Origin: Synechococcales cyanobacterium VAR_4_metabat_354
GTDB taxonomy: Bacteria; Cyanobacteriota; Cyanobacteriia; Cyanobacteriales; Chamaesiphonaceae
Reading direction: 5' to 3'
NCBI GenBank assembly: GCA_031414775.1
Contig: JANOQI010000036.1
Coordinates: 1-64,000 of the forward strand
DNA: 64,000 bases
Positions 59,949 to 64,000 of the stretch are shown here, in pieces (position 1 is the first letter of the stretch; the number at the start of each line of letters is the position of its first letter). The notes beneath the pieces were generated by a model that worked only from the letters and a program-made list of their open reading frames with translations, was not told the origin of the DNA and searched no databases. The translations under genes were made by a program, and so were the position numbers.

Positions 59949-61793
59949 TTATTTTTTGGTTCTTTTCACTGCTGCCAACTGAGCCTGGTAGATATGCACC
60001 TGATCGATGAGTCCCGGGATACCAGGAATATTAAAGTTATAGTTACTAAATCCTTTCCCGATCGACTGATCTAAGACATTAGAAGCAAAACCTTGATAAT
60101 AAACTGGTACCGGTCGATTAGTATGATTTCCCCAACCATACTTACCAGTTTCGGCTACTGTTTTTCCTTGGTTGTCTCTCCGAGCCACTGGTTCAGAACC
60201 CCAATAGTGACCAGCTCCAGTACTATCATCAATATCTGTTAGTTTTTTGGCTCCCTGGCGGCGTAGCCGGTCTGGAAAATCTGGATTAAGCGTCAAGTAG
60301 TGATCATGATCGGCAGTAACAATCAGCTGATTACGTTGCCAACCGCCATTTTGTTCAATCCAACGGATCACCTTGCCCACCGCTCGATCAAAATCCAGGA
60401 CAGTTCCAATCAAGTTATCCATATTATTGTCATGAGCAGACCAGTCCACATCACCACCTTCTACCATCAACCAAAAACCTTTGGGATTTTTGTTCAAGAC
60501 GGTGAGGGCGGCGGTGGTCAAATCGCTAAGGGTGGGGTTTTCCGAGCGCTCTTGGCTAATGAATTGGGCGGGAGTTTGTCCAGTAGCTAGTGGTCGATCA
60601 ATATCTGGTTTTAACCCTTGAGTGCCGTGCACTTTAAACATATCCAAACCAGTGGTGCGGTAATTGCCATTAGCCCCACTGACCGGTAAATTACCATTTT
60701 GGCCTTTTGCGCCATAGAGTCCCAGCAATCGTTGGCCACGATCGGGCCTAATCTTGGCGGCGGTGGCTAATAATTTACGGGTGGCTTGAGGGCCACGTTC
60801 TAAAAACGTATACCCATAAATATTGTCGTTAGGTTTGGCTTTCAGGGTTTGATAAGTTTGGTCACTGATGTAAGTGAAATCTGGTTCGACGCCGGATGGC
60901 AAAGGCTTGTTCACATTAGAAAGCGGATGACCGCCGCCCAGTAGCACAGTGGGTTGATAAATTCGCAGTTCTTGCTGCAAAATGTTGTCGAGGGGTGATG
61001 CCTTGGGGGCATTGACATCATATTTAGTGCGACGATTGACGTTAGCAGCCGCCGCTCCCGGGGTGGCATGATCGATCGGCACTGATGTCACTAACCCAGT
61101 AGACTTACCCTGTGCAGTAGCAGTTTTAAGAATGGTGTTTAAAGGTTTTTCATAAACATCCACTCCGATCGCGTTATTGTAGCTTTTAACTCCAGTATAG
61201 AGAGTAGTGGCCGTATTGGCGGAGTCTGGATAGCTATATTTTATATAATTAGGATCACTACCAGGTGTCCAAGGATTGATACCGCCCCGTCGTGGGTTGT
61301 AGCCCACCAAGTTGCCAGTCGTATTAGTGGATCTTGCTCCACCACTAGACTTAGAGCCAGGATTAAAACTGGGATTAAAGCGAAAATTCGGTCTGAGTGG
61401 ACTTTGGCGAGTGCCATCTTGGGAGTCGTCTAAAGCGCTGAGATTATTGCTATATAAGCCATCAGCACCCAGTACAGTTGTCCCGTAAGTAGTAGCTAAG
61501 GCATAGCCTTTCAGCTTTTGCATATTCAGACCAAAGCCTTTTTCTTTGGTGTAAAAATCCTGAAGAGTGTTGCCTTTTTTACCATTTTTGATGAGACTCG
61601 CGATCGCTGCTGCTCTAGTCAATTCCCAACCCATGCCATCCCCAATCATGATAATGGTGTTGCTGCGTGAACCGGCAGTCTTACTTACAAAAGATCGTGC
61701 TCCGCCGCTACCGATAGCTATCAGTAGTGATACTAACGATATTACGATGATGTTACGGATCGATTTATTCCATCGCATAGCGTTAATTAGCAA
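59949..61793 (-). CDS. phoA: Alkaline phosphatase (PhoA family)
   Basis: IGDGMG, PDSANTAT, HATP, VEGGDVDWSAH, TADHDH; signal peptide; start may be 61778. Confidence 0.9.
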   Translation of the reverse strand: MLINAMRWNKSIRNIIVISLVSLLIAIGSGGARSFVSKTAGSRSNTIIMIGDGMGWELTRAAAIASLIKNGKKGNTLQDFYTKEKGFGLNMQKLKGYALATTYGTTVLGADGLYSNNLSALDDSQDGTRQSPLRPNFRFNPSFNPGSKSSGGARSTNTTGNLVGYNPRRGGINPWTPGSDPNYIKYSYPDSANTATTLYTGVKSYNNAIGVDVYEKPLNTILKTATAQGKSTGLVTSVPIDHATPGAAAANVNRRTKYDVNAPKASPLDNILQQELRIYQPTVLLGGGHPLSNVNKPLPSGVEPDFTYISDQTYQTLKAKPNDNIYGYTFLERGPQATRKLLATAAKIRPDRGQRLLGLYGAKGQNGNLPVSGANGNYRTTGLDMFKVHGTQGLKPDIDRPLATGQTPAQFISQERSENPTLSDLTTAALTVLNKNPKGFWLMVEGGDVDWSAHDNNMDNLIGTVLDFDRAVGKVIRWIEQNGGWQRNQLIVTADHDHYLTLNPDFPDRLRRQGAKKLTDIDDSTGAGHYWGSEPVARRDNQGKTVAETGKYGWGNHTNRPVPVYYQGFASNVLDQSIGKGFSNYNFNIPGIPGLIDQVHIYQAQLAAVKRTKK

Positions 61794-62457
61794 TTGCCAC
61801 TAGTGATTTCACTGGGTGGATCACATTGTGGTGCGGCACTGCAACCACCAGGTGACGATTGCTATCAAATTTAATTTTGCCATTTCCTTGCAACTTCCCT
61901 AATATCCGAGTAACCGTTACCCTGGTGGTGCCAATCGTACTTGCTAACTGTTGGTGGGTTAAGCGCGCAGTGATGCGCATTCCGTCTGCCACTGGTTCCC
62001 CAATTTCTCTGCTCAGCAGCAATAAAAAACGATAAAGACGTTCTTGAATATGGCGAGTTCCTAAAACCGATTGGATCGCTTCCGATTGCTGGAGACGTTG
62101 ATCAAGTCCCCTAAGAATTAAACGATTCAGGTCAAAATATTGATCGATTTCTGATGCTGTAAATCGGAGCAGACTTACGTTGGTGAGGGCTGTCGCAATA
62201 TAAGGATCAACAAATGTTAGTGGTAGCCCAAATGGCATTGAGGAAGAAGCCAAAGCTAATAGCATGCTATTCCCCTCATCATCGAAGGTAGAGATATACA
62301 CAATACCTTGCTGCACCAATAGTATATCTTGCTTGAACAGGGGAATTTCCTTACCTTTGGGATAATTTAAAGCTTTTTTATGCTGATAAAGCTCTTCTAA
62401 CTGGCGATCAGCACGAGGGAACCGGAAAACTTCGGGATGAGGAACATTTAAAAGCAT
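61783..62457 (-). CDS. Crp/Fnr-family regulator
   Basis: RLTHQQLASTIGTTRVTVTRILG HTH. Confidence 0.88.
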   Translation of the reverse strand: MLLNVPHPEVFRFPRADRQLEELYQHKKALNYPKGKEIPLFKQDILLVQQGIVYISTFDDEGNSMLLALASSSMPFGLPLTFVDPYIATALTNVSLLRFTASEIDQYFDLNRLILRGLDQRLQQSEAIQSVLGTRHIQERLYRFLLLLSREIGEPVADGMRITARLTHQQLASTIGTTRVTVTRILGKLQGNGKIKFDSNRHLVVAVPHHNVIHPVKSLVAIAN

Positions 62458-62523
62458 AGCAAATGCCTGCTGGCTAGCAACACCATTACCATAGAGGTCT
62501 AAACCAAAGAAAAAGTAATCTTT

Positions 62524-62542
62524 AGGTTAGGGTTTGGTTAAG
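62524..62542 (-). promoter_or_regulatory. Pho box (SphR site)
   Basis: Minus strand CTTAACCA-aac-CCTAACCT, 11-bp period, matches PyTTAAPyPy(T/A) with one mismatch. Confidence 0.7.
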
Positions 62543-62638
62543 GGATATACAGAGTTGTATTAAATCGTGGTACAAGCAAGCATGGGGGCATGACTGTCTC
62601 GGTTTGCATTCAATAATATTTGCTGTTTCGGTAGCTTT

Positions 62639-63388
62639 ATGACGAGGATCAGTTCTAATTTTCAGCAAATTTCTGGGGCGAGAAAATGCATTTTGGTGGT
62701 GGAAGATGAAGCTACGATTCGTGACTCGGTCAGCCAGTTTCTGATCGATGAGGGCTACAATGTGATGACCGCCAGTGATGGTCGAGCCGCGATCGATCTA
62801 ATTGGTCAGATGGTCAGCGATCGCGAGGCCGATAGAATATCGATCAATCTCATTATTCTGGATGTGATGTTGCCCGGTATTAATGGTCTAGACTTGTGCC
62901 AGTTCATTCGCAAGCAGGGCAGCATGGTACCAATTTTGATGCTCAGTGCTAGAGGCAGTGAGGCCGATCGAGTAGTGGGTTTAGAGATTGGGGCTGATGA
63001 TTATTTAGTGAAACCCTTTGGGTTGTCTGAACTGCGGGCGCGTTGTCGAGCGTTGTTTCGTCGATCTGGTGCAGTCGAGACTGATCTAGAAGAGACGATC
63101 GAACATGGCAACATTGTTCTTTACCCCCAGCAATATCGAGTATTGATCAATGAAAAAGAGATTAACTTATCACGGAAAGAATTTGCCCTATTAATTCTGT
63201 TTATGCAGAATCCTCGGCGAGTGTTTTCCCGGGATCTGTTAATTGAAAGAGTTTGGGGAGCAGATTTTATGGGGGATACCAAAACTGTGGATGTGCATAT
63301 TCGCTGGCTGCGTTCTAAGATCGAAGAAGACCCCAGCCGTCCTCAGTATTTAATGACAGTACGTGGTTTTGGGTATCGGTTTGGTTGA
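62639..63388 (+). CDS. sphR: OmpR/PhoB-family response regulator, probably SphR
   Basis: REC + wHTH (GDTKTVDVHIRWLRSKIE); next to phoA and a Pho box. Confidence 0.72.
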   Translation: MTRISSNFQQISGARKCILVVEDEATIRDSVSQFLIDEGYNVMTASDGRAAIDLIGQMVSDREADRISINLIILDVMLPGINGLDLCQFIRKQGSMVPILMLSARGSEADRVVGLEIGADDYLVKPFGLSELRARCRALFRRSGAVETDLEETIEHGNIVLYPQQYRVLINEKEINLSRKEFALLILFMQNPRRVFSRDLLIERVWGADFMGDTKTVDVHIRWLRSKIEEDPSRPQYLMTVRGFGYRFG

Positions 63389-63396
63389 AAGCCATC

Positions 63397-63424
63397 AAAA
63401 AGCCCTCAAAAATTGAGGGCAGTT
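63397..63424. terminator. Hairpin terminator between convergent genes
   Basis: GCCCTCAA-aaa-TTGAGGGC preceded by an A-run. Confidence 0.6.
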
Positions 63425-63450
63425 AGTAGTATCAAAAAAATGGGTAAAAT

Positions 63451-64000
63451 CTAGAACTTAAAGGTAGTGCGGACTGTGCCGACATACTCAGTACCCAGAC
63501 TGCTAGTATCAGGATTGGTAATCAACAACAAACCTGGTGTAACATCAACGTTGTCGTTGAGTTTGACTTTGTAGATGGCTTCCAAATGCAAGGGATTAAC
63601 ACCAGCAGCTTGAGCGACGGTACCACCAGTAACTTTCGGTGGCGCACCAACAGTAAAGCCCAATACGTTGCCCTTGGCTCCAAAGTCAGGGAAAGCAGCC
63701 GAAACAGCGTAGTTAAAAATGTCGGCTGTGCCTGCTCCACCTTCTTCTCTAGCATTAGTTAAACCAGCCCAGCCGGAAATAACCAAGCCCGGGGAAAGCT
63801 TGGCACTGGCCATAGCACTATAGTGATTGGCACTAGTCGGGACACCACCGAAAGGATTATTAGCCAAGGTAGTACCAGTGCTACCAGTAACCCCTGTACC
63901 AGCAACACTATAAGACCGAGCGTAAGCTAAGCCTAAATCAATGCCTGGACTAGCTTCAAAGCGCAGTTGACCAATCAAGGAGTTGGAACCACCAAATACA
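63451..64000 (-). CDS. Cyanobacterial outer-membrane porin (OprB/Som type), 3' part only
   Basis: AFPDFG..G..LG, HLEAIY, VTPG, YVGTVRTTFKF; frame open to the window edge. Confidence 0.85.
   Translation of the reverse strand, partial: VFGGSNSLIGQLRFEASPGIDLGLAYARSYSVAGTGVTGSTGTTLANNPFGGVPTSANHYSAMASAKLSPGLVISGWAGLTNAREEGGAGTADIFNYAVSAAFPDFGAKGNVLGFTVGAPPKVTGGTVAQAAGVNPLHLEAIYKVKLNDNVDVTPGLLLITNPDTSSLGTEYVGTVRTTFKF

Overview
Chromosomal window from a beta-carboxysome cyanobacterium with very frequent CGATCG/TCGATCGA (HIP1-type) sites. Left edge: an integrative element at the 3' end of tRNA-Val(GAC), with a tyrosine integrase, an AT-rich cargo ORF, an excisionase-like gene and a primase remnant. 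Housekeeping blocks: natCA, pfkB, ubiX, aroA, lpxA, miaA, gyrB with a 435-aa HNH intein, ndhF4-ndhD4-cupB divergent from ccmK2K1LMNO, a phnDCE-like ABC transporter, metH, fni, pyrR, aroQ, queE, folP, and a phoA-crp / sphR phosphate locus. Accessory material: (1) a direct-repeat-flanked higB / higA-IrrE / DUF4238 islet; (2) the top candidate for an undescribed system, a co-oriented parDE - vWA - tubulin-like GTPase - ZorA-like - ZorB-like cluster, i.e. a Zorya-type ion motor with a tubulin GTPase in place of the known Zorya effectors; (3) a stack of cupin, Uma2 and vapBC genes separated by HIP1-punctuated repeats; (4) an HTH-NB-ARC-WD40 gene divergent from a lipoxygenase, with 14-bp-phased boxes between them. 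All calls come from motif recognition by eye; no database searches were run.
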